Part shown: in pieces, positions 33,604-61,040 of the stretch
Layout: each line of letters begins with the position of its first letter
Numbering within the stretch: the first letter of the stretch is position 1
NCBI GenBank assembly: GCA_963693365.1
Contig: CAVNZM010000011.1
Location: forward strand, 6,281,921 to 6,345,920
Origin: Amoebidium appalachense
Lineage: Eukaryota; Protista; Ichthyosporea
Direction of reading: 5' to 3'
DNA length: 64,000 bases
Notes under the pieces: model-generated
What the model saw: only the letters and a program-made list of their open reading frames with translations
The model's database searches: none
What the model was told of the DNA's origin: nothing
Position numbers and translations under genes: made by a program

Positions 33604-35322
33604 CTACTTGCACCCATAGATGATTGGCCGCAACCATATCGAAGTTTCACACGGGGAGCCCACCGGGGATACGCTCTCCCTTGTCACCGACGGAGAAAAA
33701 TTGAGGAGGCTGGAGCGAGGAGAGGAGGGCGAAGAACACAGAGAGCGGATGTCCGACATTTCAATTCCGGAGAGCATGTTGCGGGGAGACAGGTTGGGGG
33801 AGCTGCTTGGACTTGAGGACCGCGCTCTGGAAAAAAAAAAATTAAAAAAATGGATAGTTAGTAACTTATAGACTTGAAAGGTACAACGAATCATGTGGCA
33901 CAATTTACTAATTACTAAACCATTGAAATCCCATTATCAACCATGAACTTGCGCCAACAAGCACTACGAGAGATTTTTTTTTTTTTTTTTTTTGGGCAGA
34001 AGCTGGCCGTCACGTTAACCCTAACACCCTAAATGCGCTGCCCTAATATCAATAAATCAGACTTTGGTATGCTTTTTTTGTAAGTGTATCTATCAATAGT
34101 ACGATGTATTATATAGAGCACACACCTTTGCACGAGATAGTCGACACTCATAGCAGCACTGCGTGCCGGGATCCTCACAGGTGCCGAAGACGCCTGCTGC
34201 GCCCCAACAACACCCACTTTCGCCGCCAGCTCAGGCGCCTTGCAAATAATCTCCATTTCACAATCGAAATTGGCGCCGTAGTTATTATCCCAATAGAACT
34301 TCCCATTCACCTCGTAGCCAATGGCAAAGCTCAACCGCTCGCCGCACTCCATCCCGCACGGAAGACGGATGGCAAACTGGAAGAGATCGCGGCCAGATTC
34401 GCGGTTCTGCCCGGGCATCAACGGAAGGAATCTCGCTTCCGCATCCGCGAAAGATCGCCAGCAGTCGAGCGTGTAGCGTGCGAAAACGCGCTTGTGGAAC
34501 GCAATGTTAGCGACGGACACGGTTCCTTGTAGTTGCGAAGTCCACGGCTCGAACGTGCAGTGTACCAGCTCCACCACTCTGCTGCAGCGGTTTGGCGTAA
34601 ACAGGAACCTGGAAACAAGGAGAAGGAAGGGTTAGTGTAATGTAGAATGACGTGAAAAAAGGCAAACCACCAGTACGAAATTTTTTGTGTTGACGTTCCG
34701 GCATGGCTAACAAACCAGGAGGTAGGAAAACAAGAACGCGCGGAGCAGCCTTTGAAAACTCGTATGCTAATTCGCATGCAAGGAATATGCAATGGCAACA
34801 TTCGCGTGCATGGACAACCTTATCAATGCACTTGTCGGCTTGCTTGCATGGGGCATTTGCCAGAAAAGATAATACATACTTCAAGTGTCTCTGAGGGAGC
34901 GCCGTTCTCTGCAGCTGAGACATCACCCTCGTCACGTTTTCCTGCACGTTCGATGTTCCTCTTCCGGTATACAACGGCTGTTTCTGTTCTGTGCATCCTG
35001 CTGTTCTCCTAAACCCGCGCTGGAAAGCCGCTAATTGAAAGGCATTGTCGCATGCTTTGTTTTCTTGACAGGAGGACAACGGGAGTGGCTCTGAGAAATC
35101 TTCCGAACAATCATAGTGGAAAGAGCGAAGAACGGAAGAGGAGCTACAATTGGATGCAGGCTCAGTTGACTTGAACTCGCGGAATGTTGCCAATGCCAAA
35201 CCGGGTTTCTCATCTGCGAATGAGACACGGCGAGAGCGCACCAGCTGCTTGTTTTTCTGCTTGCAGGCCATGATTGATACAAAGTTGCTGCACGACCGCT
35301 CCGATGGACACGGCTGCCTCAT
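33604..35322 (-). CDS. Protein phosphatase 1 glycogen-targeting regulatory subunit (PPP1R3/Gac1-like; RVxF motif plus CBM21)
   Basis: Exons 34880-35322 (first ATG, start uncertain), 34126-34608 and 33604-33826 are phase-consistent. PP1-docking motif RRVSFAD..GLAL. CBM21 motifs LQGTVSVANIAFHKRVFARYTLDCW and FAIGYEVNGKFYWDNNYGANF. Confidence 0.9.
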
Positions 35323-38300
35323 TTCTTGTTCCTTGTGTGAAATTGGGGAATGGCTGTGTGGCAATGGTTGAATGTCTTTAGAGAGTTGGATGTTTGATAT
35401 GGCAGACGTTAAGAGAAGAGATGAATTTAATAACGTAGATATTATAAAAGGACTAATGCTAGAACTGTTCTTTTAGGCGTTGTTCCTAATCTGACTTGTG
35501 TACGATGTAATGTGAAGGAAGAGATTTTATTTTGCTTGGAGCTCAACCTGTTCTAGGCAACAGTGGCCGTTCGTGTCCAGTAGACAATGGCCTAGTGTAG
35601 AGTGTTACGTGGACTGACGTATAGAACAGGAAAGTGGAGACAGCCCTTTGATCACAGAGTAACGGCAAAAATCGTGGGCGGAAACATAGTTTTCTCTTTG
35701 TTGAAAAACAATGAATAAACCCTTCTCTTCCTTGGTGAACTTCGCACGAATGAGTGACCGTGCAGAAAGCTGGAGCACTGAGGAGCCGGCCCACTCCAGG
35801 AGCCCGCCCAAATACCGCCTATCTACTTGCATGACATTCTACGAATCACATGCATGCACTCCATGGTTACAATCGTGAATGTTTGCACGCACATTCCTGA
35901 GGGTAAAAAAGCTCCTGGCCCAGGACAGCCGGGTTGCGTGGGCGTCGGGCCGGTAAATGGTCTGCTCTGAAGCTAGATTTATATCATAACCTATTTATTT
36001 TTCTAATAGCACTTATTGACACAATTATGTTGAAGTAGATATTTATTGTGAATTACCTTGCTCGTTTACATACTCCACAAAGTCACCCCGACTATCAGTA
36101 TCTATGTGAGGGATGCTAATCTACTCATTCTGATGATGTTTGAAATCGAACAAACATGATTCGTTAGGGAAAGTGTTGTTTACAAAGGTTAAGTAGGAAG
36201 AAGGCATATTCACACTAATAAAAAATGGTACCACATTTGGATGATGACACGTATAGGGGCAGAGTCCGACGACAACATGTAAACGACGAAGATCACATCA
36301 TGATCAGTAATCATCACATTATTATTGGCGTCTCGAAGAGCCGTGCATAAGATGAATCAGCAGCTGCAACACGGCGTTGAACAAGCGTGATCCTTTTTCA
36401 AGCTACCCATAGTGTTATTAATATGTAAGCCTTGCTCATATGCTTTATATTTTGAAACTTCCGATTAATATTTGTTTTTCTGGTTACTTTGCTAAAAGAA
36501 TTGGGGTTGAGCTAACTACGGTAATCACATCCAAGGCCCCCCCGGCCCGGGCGGCGGGCTAACCCGGCGACTATCTATCCTCTGGAATGAACGAGAACCA
36601 ATCGCCCATCTCAGCTATTGTTTAGCCAATCAGGTCTAGCCGACACACACAAGATGGACAATCAACCCTCGCCATTGGATAAAAGTTAACCAACCAACAA
36701 TCTGGCTCAGTCGGGTGGATTGCCGGTCGGCCCACACATTCAATAGGCTACGCCAGGAATGAAAAAAAATTCGAAATTTGGATAGTGTGTTTTCAACATA
36801 TCTCTTATTTTCCAAGTACAAATATGAATTTGTGTCACTTCAGAGCATTTTCCTTTGAGGCGTTCACAGGACACCATGCACCCCATTCACACCTGGCGAT
36901 CATAAAACAGCCAAGTTGGACAGTTTCAGCTTAACGCTTTCCTCTTAGGTCTGCACACATTCACAATATCGTCTACGACACGGTGGAAAAACCGGAAATG
37001 TTTCCATCAGTTAATTTATGCCTAGGATGTTGGCTTCTAGATCTTAAGCTTAAGGGCCTGAATATCATGACTGAAGAGGTCCTCATCATTCTCTTGGGTA
37101 CTCAAGGAGAACCGAATGTACTTGCACTCCTTTTGTGCCCGCGTTGAGCATTTTGTCTGACCAGCATACCTAATGTGTGGAAATGTCAGATAACAACCTT
37201 TCCCAACAATAGCCTTGCGCAAGGTAGCACATCGATCAGCGGCGATGTATGTAGGTTGTACATGTATATCTAGATCTATGACATATGGCATCCGGCCTCG
37301 GCCGCGTTCAGTAATCCATCCATTTGATCCATATATACTCAAACATGCACGCGTACGAGTCCACCGAAAGGTTCAACATGGGGACGCATCAATAGTTAAA
37401 GGATAATAGTACAAGATGGGGGCCCGGCCTACACACATTACCCATTCCACTACAGTAGTATACGTCCCCTAATTATAATTATTCCCGGGGGTTTACGCTG
37501 TTTACTCGAGGCAAAGAGAAACCAGTCTCAGGTATGGGGGGGGTTTTGCTCGGAATATCCCCTCAGCGGTATATCATGATCACGTACATAGATGTCGGGT
37601 GATGACTATATATCAGGGTTTACTTTCTCTACGAGACACCATAAAGACTACAAAGAGAAATCAATTAGTTGGTGTTCCCCGATTTTTTTTTGTTTGTTTA
37701 TTTTTTATTTTTTTATTTTTTATTCCCCGCTATTCCCCCAGTCGTAGATAATGGCTATGCTAACTCACTATGGGGCCCCGGGAAGATTTGAGCTAGGGAG
37801 ACTCGTACGACTGCGTCACCGAAGGTATATTTACAGTAGATCGATCACATGCACATGTATTATTGAAACGACAACCGCTGACTACATCATGTGTTTCTTC
37901 GTTTTCCTTTAATAAATCTATAAAAAAAACCTATGTTTTTCTTTTATAGAAACACGTTGATACATCTGAAAGCTGTTGCCATTGACGCCACACAGTGTTC
38001 TTACTTCTGACACTTCGAATATTCTTCGCCCTTCGGTGTTCGGCTTCGGATCATGAATTTGATGGCATGTGCATTGTGCACCGCAAAAATTATATATAGA
38101 TGGCACAGGTTGCGAGATCTCCGTTTTTAGAACTGGGCGGCGTCGGAGCTACTCGATACACGGCGTAGAATAACTGTGATAACAGCATTATATGTTATTA
38201 ATATGCTAGGTAATATATTTATATTTTTGTTTCCATGATCAATTTATCATCGGCATATATACACACTATAGTTCAGGGCACCTGCCAAGGCACCCCACGC

Positions 38301-39264
38301 ACTGGCCGTGTGGGGCAGTTCACACGACGGATAAAAGCTACGGATTCTGCTAACGCACTCGTAATTTGATTGGTTAGGTGAACGCTTTGGAATGCGGAGC
38401 AACCACACTGTAACAGGGTGTGAAATTGGCCTGTTTGAGACGAGCCTCAATGAGTCAGGACGAACATTGCACATGAGTAGTAAATTAGAGTTATTTCAAA
38501 AGTTTAAAACGCCATATGCCATGATGAACCCAGCGTGGCCTCATCGTGTGATGTTTTTTGTTTTTAACTTCAATCTAGCTAGGTGCCAGCTACCGTCCTG
38601 TGGAGCGTCACACGGCGATCGCGCGCGAGTAAATTTGCAGTGGTGATGTGCCACGTGTACACTCAGTACGGCACAATCAGTGCACCTGAATCAGCTTGAC
38701 TCAAATGGACACGTCTGTGACGATCTTTGTTTTCAAGTTTTATTTGTCTTTACTTGAATCTCACGAACTCCGGATCCTGAGCTTGGAACTTCATTTCTCG
38801 AAAAGTGGACTCAGCATTTTTTGGCCATACGTATTTATACATACGTCACACGTTCAGTGACTTTGACGCGCGTAACGTTGCACGGCGGGCCGCGGCACTG
38901 CAGGCGGCATGATCATCATGACTGGGCCGGGAAGCCTTGAAATTCATCGATGTGCACGTGGCTCGCTGTGACTCTGGCACGTACTGACGGTGCCTGCAGG
39001 GCTGCTTTGAACTTCACGTTCGCCTCACACCCAATTTTTCCTTACCCTCTCGCGACCGCGTGCATGCTTTCTCTCGCCGCGGCTCTACGGTCCCGAGAGT
39101 CCAGTGTTCGCTGTGTGTGTAAGGAAAAATACGAGTCACCTCAGTAGGTGGTCACAGGCTGTGACTCGGGCCGGATCTAATCTCTGATGGCACTGAGTCA
39201 CCGTGCTGGCACTGTTTTTCATTTGCATTTTTGGAGGTTTTTGCACACATAGTATATGCCATCA

Positions 39265-40470
<1,206 letters not shown>

Positions 40471-40507
40471 GGGCCCAACCATCGAGTCGGCTGAGTCACT
40501 TGCTCCG

Positions 40508-40971
40508 AGCAGAATCATTCTGCAAAAAACAGAATTTTTCTGTAAAAAGCAGATGATTCTGTTAAAAGCAGAATTATTCAGAGATTCCGAGATTCCGAGA
40601 TTCCGAGATTATTCCGCAAAAGCAGAATCAATCTGAAACAGAATCAATCTGCTAAAAGCGAGTCAATCTGCTTTTAGCAGAATAATTCCGCTTAGTAAAC
40701 GCATAATTATTCTGCTGTTGAAAGCCGAATTATTCTGCTTTTTGCGGGATAATTCTGCTAAAAGCAGAATAATTCTGCTAAACGCAGAGTGCCACTGCTT
40801 TTGCGGAACCTCAAGAATCTGCTAATGTAAGGAATAACTCTCTGCTAACTTGAAAGCAGTGCGATTCTGCTTTTCCTCGGCGTTATTCTGCTTTCTACAG
40901 AATAATTCTGCTTTTTGCTGAATAATTCCGCTTTTGCAGGATATTTCTGCTTTTTGGCAAGTTGACTCTGC
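40508..40971. repeat. Array of more than 20 degenerate ~20-bp palindromic units (GCAGAATWATTCTGC plus A/T spacer), foldback-like
   Basis: agcagaatcattctgc-aaaaa, agcagaataattctgc, cagaataattctgc-tttttgc and others; spacers are A-rich on the left and T-rich on the right. Confidence 0.8.
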
Positions 40972-41108
40972 TGATGTGGTTGGGGCCTGAGAGAGAAGTC
41001 TAGACGTGGAGAGAGAGACTGCCTTCATGAAAGAGTCTCAGAGACGGAGACGGAGACACAGACTAGAGAAACTTTGAGAGTTACCAAAGTCTTAGAGCTG
41101 CGAATGAT

Positions 41109-41135
41109 CACGGCCCTCTGAAAAAGAGGGCCGTG
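41109..41135. mobile_element. 27-bp TIR-only mini-element or footprint with 7-bp flanking direct repeat
   Basis: GAATGAT-CACGGCCCTCT-GAAAA-AGAGGGCCGTG-GAATGAT: perfect 11-bp inverted termini and identical flanks at 41102-41108 and 41136-41142. Confidence 0.55.
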
Positions 41136-41548
41136 GAATGATCATCGGACTTACTAATAGAGAGGCCGCCGCAGTACATCATAATAAGTCGAACTCGAAC
41201 ATTCCGGGAAGCCCCTAATTTACTACTATTTCTACTGTACGGACTATCAAGGACTCGCGCACGGTGCCTCAGCGGAAGGCTCTGGGGCCTGACAGTGTAT
41301 GGGGTAAGGAAAGGCGATACCGTTTTAACCCCCCCCCCCCCCCCCCCCCAGGCCCCGCCGGTGACCGATAATCATGATTACTAGTAATTGCAAGGAGCTT
41401 GAAGGGGCACTACTACTCAGTGTAGTAGGAAACCGTGAGCCTCAGAGACCAACTTGAACTGCCTATGTAATAAAGGCAACAACTTGGCAATGCACATGCA
41501 ACCCTCCCTCCCCCCCCCCCTCTCCCCCCCCCCCCCCCCCCCCCCCCA

Positions 41549-41581
<33 letters not shown>

Positions 41582-41718
41582 CACACACACAATTTCTCGT
41601 CACAACTTGACACAAAAACACACAACACTGTATACATACACCGTAGTAGTTGAGACAGAGCCACACGACTTTATTCAATTATGAACTAAGGGGGGCTGGG
41701 GGCACTGGCCGGGCCCCA

Positions 41719-41755
<37 letters not shown>

Positions 41756-42505
41756 AGAAAAAATATGGGCAGTCTGGAGTACTAATATTGAAGTCAAACT
41801 GACACCTGATGATCAAAACACAGTATCATTATAGAACTTTGAAAACCCACACTCGCTGCCTCGGGTCGTTAGGCCGCTGCCAAGTTCAGAGCTGGCCTAG
41901 ACAACCAAGTCATTGCATATACTTCGTGCCCAAAATGGAATAAGGAATTGCCGAGACGAGACCCAGTTGAACTAGGACTCAGCCAGGCTTCCCCTCGCAC
42001 CAAAATTTTTGCAAGTGAACGGTTCCGAACTTCTAGTAGGGATTATCGCATTCAAGGTCCTATTTTCGGTGACCGTGGTACACATCTCGACATGGTATAT
42101 ATACCCAAATACGGTAAGATACACAAAAATGGCAAAAACGACAACCTCCCTAAACAGGTAGTACCCAGGCTCCAAAAAGCTAATAATTAGCACCAAAACA
42201 AGCGTGAGCCAATTAGAATCCATGGTGCAAATTTAAAGGACGGCCAATCGGCCGGATCAGATCTGACCGGCGCCAGAAATATATAAAGAGGCATAGCCGC
42301 TCCGGCAGGTTAAATCAGACTGAGATATCAAATGTTCAGTATACCACCTTAGTACATGGTAGCAAGAACGGGGGGAGAGGGAGGGGTCCACTCCATCATC
42401 GCGGTGCATCGTGTGCATGCACGTGTCACGTCTGTGTGTGTACACATGTGTGTGTGTGGGGTGGGGGGAGGGGGGGGAGGCCGGGGGGGGGGTGGGGGGG
42501 AGGCG

Positions 42506-42536
<31 letters not shown>

Positions 42537-43187
42537 GGGGGGGGGGGATATCGATGCCCGGGTGGCAGTAACAGTCGACTTCCCAGTGAGTGACTGGGTC
42601 CAGTTAAACTTCATCTTCGGAAAGAAACTTTGCTGTATATAATCATTCTCAGGGCTGAGAGCCATTTCCTCAGTGCTGGCCACGGCCCGGGTTGCAAACG
42701 GTGGTGTTCTTACCTATGTTATACCGTAATATTATTTCAGTGGGCTATTCGTGAGACGTAGTTACCGTAGTGAACAGGAAGTTACAGGTACGGTAGAGAA
42801 TCCGTGCCTGAGATGACATTCAACTGTAGTCTTACTTAATCTTCCTTTAGTCTATAGTACGTGTACCGTAGCGGCTAGACAGCCTAGAAATGTAATGGCA
42901 GAAGTTACTTTGTACAGTACCTGGGGAGGGGTCCACTACCCCCCCCCCCCCTCCCCCCTCCCCCCCTCTCCCGTCACTACGGTCCACGACCCCCCCCCCC
43001 CCCCCCCCCCCCCTCCCCTCCCCCCGGGGAAGGCTGGTCCACACTCAGTGCCTTTGTTGGTTTCATATCATCGGATGCCGTCCTTATACGCTAAGTTACG
43101 AGCCAAAGTGCCCGCACTATGATAGCGCACATTTAATGCTAAATTACTAGCGGCTGTCAAAGTTTGCGAATGGATATGGTTATGATA

Positions 43188-55519
<12,332 letters not shown>

Positions 55520-55830
55520 TTTGTGTAGCCTGGGGGCACAGTGCCATGTGGCTGGGGGGAAAGAGGGATTCACAACTTTTGGGGTAAAAAAAAAAAAAAA
55601 AAAAAAAAAAGTTCGTCCCCCCCCCCCCCCCCCCCCTCCCTCCCGGCACCACGTCACCCCCACAAACACGCACGCATGCACGCATGCATGCACGCACGCA
55701 CACACGCACGCACGCACACAAGCATGCACGCACGTGTTTACGCATGCGCGCGCGCGCCACACACACACACACACATACACACACACACACACACACGCAC
55801 ACGTGTACACACACACACACACACACACAA

Positions 55831-55873
<43 letters not shown>

Positions 55874-56329
55874 CACCCACCGTCTTTACGCCCAACAAAA
55901 ATAACTAGTCAAGGTTGTTGCCACGACTTCTGCAAAAGCCCCCCCGCTGATATCACTCCACTCTCCTTCCTTCTCCTTTATTGACTTAACAAGTCATAAG
56001 TGCGAAACTGTAATTCTGTGATATTATCTACTAGATGTTTTGAACAACTCCACTCTTGTTGTGTTATAAAGAAAGAAGATTCTCCCAAAGCCGTAAAAAC
56101 CAAAGACCAAACCACCCAAACGAACATGCAAGTCCCTACGAAGCATCAAACAAAGGAATGTGCTGTGTGTGGTGTTCTGATCAACCAATGGACTAATCAT
56201 CACTGCCACCCCCCGCAGAAAAGAAACGGTTAACAGACCCCCCCCCCCCTCCTCTTCCCCCTTCCCCCCGGCGGGCCCCCTCCCCCCTCCCCAACAAACA
56301 AACAAACAAACAAACAAATAAAACAAAAC

Positions 56330-56360
<31 letters not shown>

Positions 56361-58609
56361 CAAATAAAGATTGGGGAAAAAAAAGGGGGGGGGGGGGGGG
56401 GGGGGGATAACTCCCCCAACCTTTATTCTTTCTTTTTTTCTTTTTTCTTTTTTTGAGGAGGGGGGGGGGGGGGGGGGCGGAGAGAATCGGGGGGGGGGGG
56501 GGAGAGGGGGGGGGATAACTCCTAGACATCCCACCCTATTCGGTTAATTACACGTTTCTGGTATACCAACGAAGGGAAAGGGCAAAAAAGAAAGGTTGAC
56601 AGCTTGAGGACCAAAAAAATGTTAAGTTACCCAGGAAACCCAGAAGGCATATTCACCCATACACCCACTAAGGAGCACAAATCCATAGCTGCACACAACC
56701 CACCGTCACCTATACTGAAAACAGTTATGTTCGCAGAAATCCAAACAGAAGAAACATCGATTTTAATGCTGCTCAGGAGGGAATATCAGTGAACGGCAAA
56801 GATCCAGAACAACAGGCGCAGAAATGTTGACCCAAATCTTACTCACATCTCCTATCTGCTGACAATACCTTTCTCCCTCCCCTCTCCACCATTCCTTTCT
56901 TTTCCCTTTTCAGTTTTTTCTTTTTTTTCGGTTTCTACCCACCTCTGATTCGCTTACTATGACCGCAACATACCTATGATGTCCAGCCGGATCTGAAAGT
57001 CTCAGTGTATATATATATGGTGGAGTTATATGAGTGATCAAACGACGGAGCCGGTATACATTTGTTAATCTTCATGCATGAAGATCTTAATTGGAGTGGA
57101 CACCAGACACCAATATAGTGGAGAGCCATGTGGGCTTGAGCAACATAATCCGTGCGAAAGAAGAGTGCCTTAGTTCTTGGGAGTTGGCATATCTTGCATA
57201 TTAAATTTCCCTTTATGCCTCAGCTATTGTAAAAATAATCGTGCAGAGTCTGATTCAAAAGAGAGATAACCAGTTGAGAAACTCCGAGCTTCTTCTTCAT
57301 TCAAGCTCTCAGTTATCCTTACTACAGGGTGTTAGACCAAAGACCAAAGGTGTGGAGTGCCTACCTTGTTTCGGACTCTGCCACCACCTGTCCACCAATC
57401 TTTCGATGGAAACCTTGAATCAAAGAGTTGAACACCCGCCGGGAAATGCCCGTGTATGTGATTCTGCCCTTCTGGATGCGATATTATCAGGCTCTTTCTC
57501 GATCTTAACACCTATGACATCTGTGTTCTGACCGAACACGGGTAACAACAGTGCCTCAGTCTCCAACGATCAGGAAACTTGCATTGCCAACAGGCGAAGA
57601 ACCTCAAGCTACACCACACCTCGCTCACCAAACGAAGCCGAGTTAACAATATCCTTTTCTGAATTAGCCACAAAATTTCTATCAATACCGATCTTGCATC
57701 TCTCAAAACATCACTTCACTCTGAAAGCCTTGATGTCCTACAGGTCCTGATTACCCAACCCAAACACTCCCTTTGGCGAAGGCTTCCACCTATCTTCTCT
57801 CTCTTATCTATCTATTCTCTATTTCACTATTGAAATAACATGTTGGAACTACATAGTGTTTAGAAAACATGCACCATTTTGAGTTTGCTCCAAAGGTCCA
57901 ACTGGGTTTCCTCTCTTCTTCCCGGCCCCCTCAACCTTGTACACCAGCTTATTTGACCCCCCTCCAACTTCTTTCCATAAAAGGCAAGTACCTTTTAATA
58001 TTTATGCCCATATTTGGGTTAGGTATTGGCGCCAAAACTCAAAAGCGATCTACCCGTGCTCAGTTTCGCTCGCTTAGTGCCCTCGTGGCAGCCGGGGACA
58101 GACGTGACTCTCAAAATCGAATAGAGAGAGTTCATGTTGATGATCTCAGTCAGTGGCATTCATATATAGCTAGCGAATGAGATGAAGCTAGATGTATAAT
58201 AACTAACAATGGAAAGGAGTAAGCTGAACTATCATAGCCAACAACTGTTCTCTCAACGAACTGATAAAGATTAGTGAAGAATAGAAAGAAGGCTTGAGAG
58301 ATTTGAGGGGAAAGAGGACCGCTCCACGAACACACTTGCTTGTCAGCCCGCCTGGTCCGAGTGTTTTCATAGTCACACAGCAACGCTTTTTTCTTCCTTG
58401 ATGGACACTCCTCCTCTTCGTTTTCCATAGCAGTTCAACGTAACGAAGATTACAGCTCGAAACAAAGAAGCAAGGCATCAAACTCCGCCTCACCCTCAGT
58501 CACTTTACCAGCTCAGCCATCACGTGTAAGCTTGTGGCTGTAAATACATCAACACCATTTATTTTAGAGCACACGCCTACAAGCACCTTATATAGATATT
58601 ATTATCAAC

Positions 58610-60472
58610 ATGGGCTTGCCGCCTTTTTCTGCCTTGAAAACCATCGCTGCCTCTGGTGCCGTTTTCACGGTGGCAGCCGGGTTCATGTTTTACTGGGACA
58701 TACAAAGGAAGCTTCGAAGCGGACCATACTATGCCTTGACACAGTCTGCTATTAGGCAGAATGAAACTGCTATGAATGCTCTAGGGGATAAGTATGACGT
58801 CGGCTATTTCAAGCTGAGAGACCCGTACAACAAGGTGAACCATCAGGAGGCGCATTTGAAGTATATCCTGAAGGTATATCTCCCCCCCCCCCCCCCCCCC
58901 GGCACCTCCTCCCTTGCCACACACACTTATTTGGAAACAAACACATTCCTTCCCTGCCTATCGGGCATTCTCGCTGTTTGTACACAAGTGTGGATTTCGC
59001 TTCATGTGTGTGGCTCCATAGACTATTATTCGCCTTTGGACTTTGAACTATGTACCACTTCCCCCCCCCCCCCCACCACCACCACCACTCCCCTTCCCCC
59101 CCCCCCCCCCCCTGCTACCTCCCCCTCTGTACCGAGACTACTTACTCTCCCACCCACCCACACCCTTCACCCATTTTCCGTGCGAGTTAAAAACTTTTTC
59201 CTTCTCGCACTTGCTTTCACCTTTTTCGTTGTTTGGTGTAGATGGCTCTATCAAGTGTGGTGGCCATTTTGTACAAGAATGAAGGGGGAAAGGGGGGCGG
59301 GGATATAAGGGGGAGGGGCGGGGGGAGGAGGAGAGGGGGGGGGGGGGGAGTGTGTGTGTGTGTGGGTGGGTGGATGGGTGGGTGGGTGGTTGTGTGTGAC
59401 GGGGCGGGAGAAGGGGGGGGGGGGGGGGGGGGGGGAGAACAAAGGGATGGGGAGAAAGTAGAAGGAATGAAGAGGAAGAGAATGGGAGGGCGGGAAGGCG
59501 GGGAGGGAGTTGGTGGGGGGGGGGGGGGGGGGGGGGAATTTTAAGGCTGAAGAAGGGTCTGGATACTAGAAAAATTGTGGAGAAGAGTGAGGGGATAGGG
59601 GTTATGGAGGAAATGGGGCTGTGTGCGTTTGTGGTGTGTGTGCTGGTGTTTTGCTGGGAAAGAAAGAGGGGGGGAGGGGGGGAGGGGGGAGGGGGAGGGG
59701 AGGAGGAATATCAACAGCAGAAGGGAGAGTGCAGATTCTCGGCGGTGGTGGGTGTGTGGGTGTGTCTGTGTGTGTCTCTGGTGGTGGGGGATGGGGGGGG
59801 GGAGGGGGGGGAGGGGGGAAGGGTTGGAGTGTGGTGGGGTAGTGTGTGGGTGTGTGTGTTTTAAGGCACGTAATTGAGAGGTGGGGCAAGTGGGGGAAGG
59901 GATTTGGCTTTTTTCTGTGTGCCGTGTTTCGTAATGTTTAAGCTGTTAGCCCTCCCTCTTCCCCCCCCCTTGCCCCCCCCCCCCCCTCCCCCCCCCCCCC
60001 CCTCCCCTCCCTGTTCCCTCGGGGCACCCCTGTCCCCCTCCTCACCTTAGGTGCCCCTCCCCCCCATGCTCTTTTTCTCCTCATTTTTGGCCCCTGACCA
60101 ATACGCACTCCCCCCCCCCCACACACACACACACATAAGACACACCCCTCTCGTCCCTCTACACAAGTACACATGTACGTACGTATACACGCACACACGC
60201 ACACACACACACACCATTTTCCTCTTCAGGGCTCAAAATCATCAGCCGTAGTCCTGAGCGACGCGATTCGAAAAGACGACAAATCGTGGGAGCTGACCCG
60301 GCTTGAGTTTTACGGCGGGACGAAGGAAAATCCCGTTCGCCTGGTGATTGTAGAGGGGAAACAGGAAAATACGCAAGGAAAAACACCGGAAAATGCCTAT
60401 GCGGTTACGCAAAATGCGGCGGTGCCGGGAGGGCTAGATGCGAAGTTGCAGACACCACAACCTGTCGCATAG
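58610..60472 (+). CDS. COA1: Cytochrome c oxidase assembly factor 1, 168 aa
   Basis: Exons 58610-58873 and 60230-60472 (phase 0, GT-AG). A single N-terminal TM segment is followed by YY..AIRQNETAMNALG..YFKLRD..N.V..AHLK..GSKS..W.L, co-linear with animal COA1 as I recall it. Confidence 0.8.
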
Positions 60473-60563
60473 AGAAATGTAATAGTGGGGCTGTGTGTGT
60501 GTGTGTGGTGGTGATGGTGGTGGTGGTGGTTTGGGGGAAGAGGGGTGGGGTGGGGGGGGGCAT

Positions 60564-60595
<32 letters not shown>

Positions 60596-60848
60596 GGGGT
60601 ATATGTAGAGGCCGGAGGCTATTGGATGTAAAAATGATATTATGGCGATGCTGGAAAAAGGGCCACTAGGGCCTATTTAGGGTTTGGGCGGGTGGTTTTT
60701 CGAATCTCGTTTTGTTATCTCCCTTTTTCGAATAAACAAGGACATGTGCGTTGTAAGGGGAATCCCCCAAACGTATAAAGGTACTTTGCTTCTGTGCAGC
60801 AGTGGTGGTGGTGGTGGTGGTGGTGGTGGTGGGGTGCGTGCATGTGTG

Positions 60849-60934
<86 letters not shown>

Positions 60935-60937
60935 GGG

Positions 60938-61040
60938 ATTGCGGAACACGGTACGGAGTACACATACACGATGTGAAGCCTGGTGCAGGACACATGCAGA
61001 GGCATACATTCAAGTATGCAAAATCAGCAATGCATACAGT
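60938..61040 (-). mobile_element. Truncated family A element between convergent genes
   Basis: G-run then gcggaacacggtacggagtacacatacacga..tggtgcaggacacatgca..acattcaagtatgcaa.atcagc.atg. Confidence 0.75.

Noticed and set aside
34015-34032. Telomere-like taaccctaacaccctaa (also tttagggtttggg near 60676)
   Set aside because: Only 2-3 imperfect units
37037-37342. GIY-YIG-like 'RYAGQT' in a 101-aa minus-strand ORF
   Set aside because: No upstream GIY/VY motif or correctly spaced R..EH; likely chance
40508-40971. CRISPR array
   Set aside because: Degenerate units with 4-9-nt low-complexity spacers, eukaryotic context and no cas genes
57660-57800. Decayed LINE fragment (minus strand SPKGVFGLGNQDL*DIKAFRVK, resembling PK..GGLG..DL)
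   Set aside because: One weak motif with stops and no RT motifs nearby; cannot be supported without a profile search
58150-58493. Short minus-strand ORFs upstream of COA1
   Set aside because: No recognisable motifs or splice support
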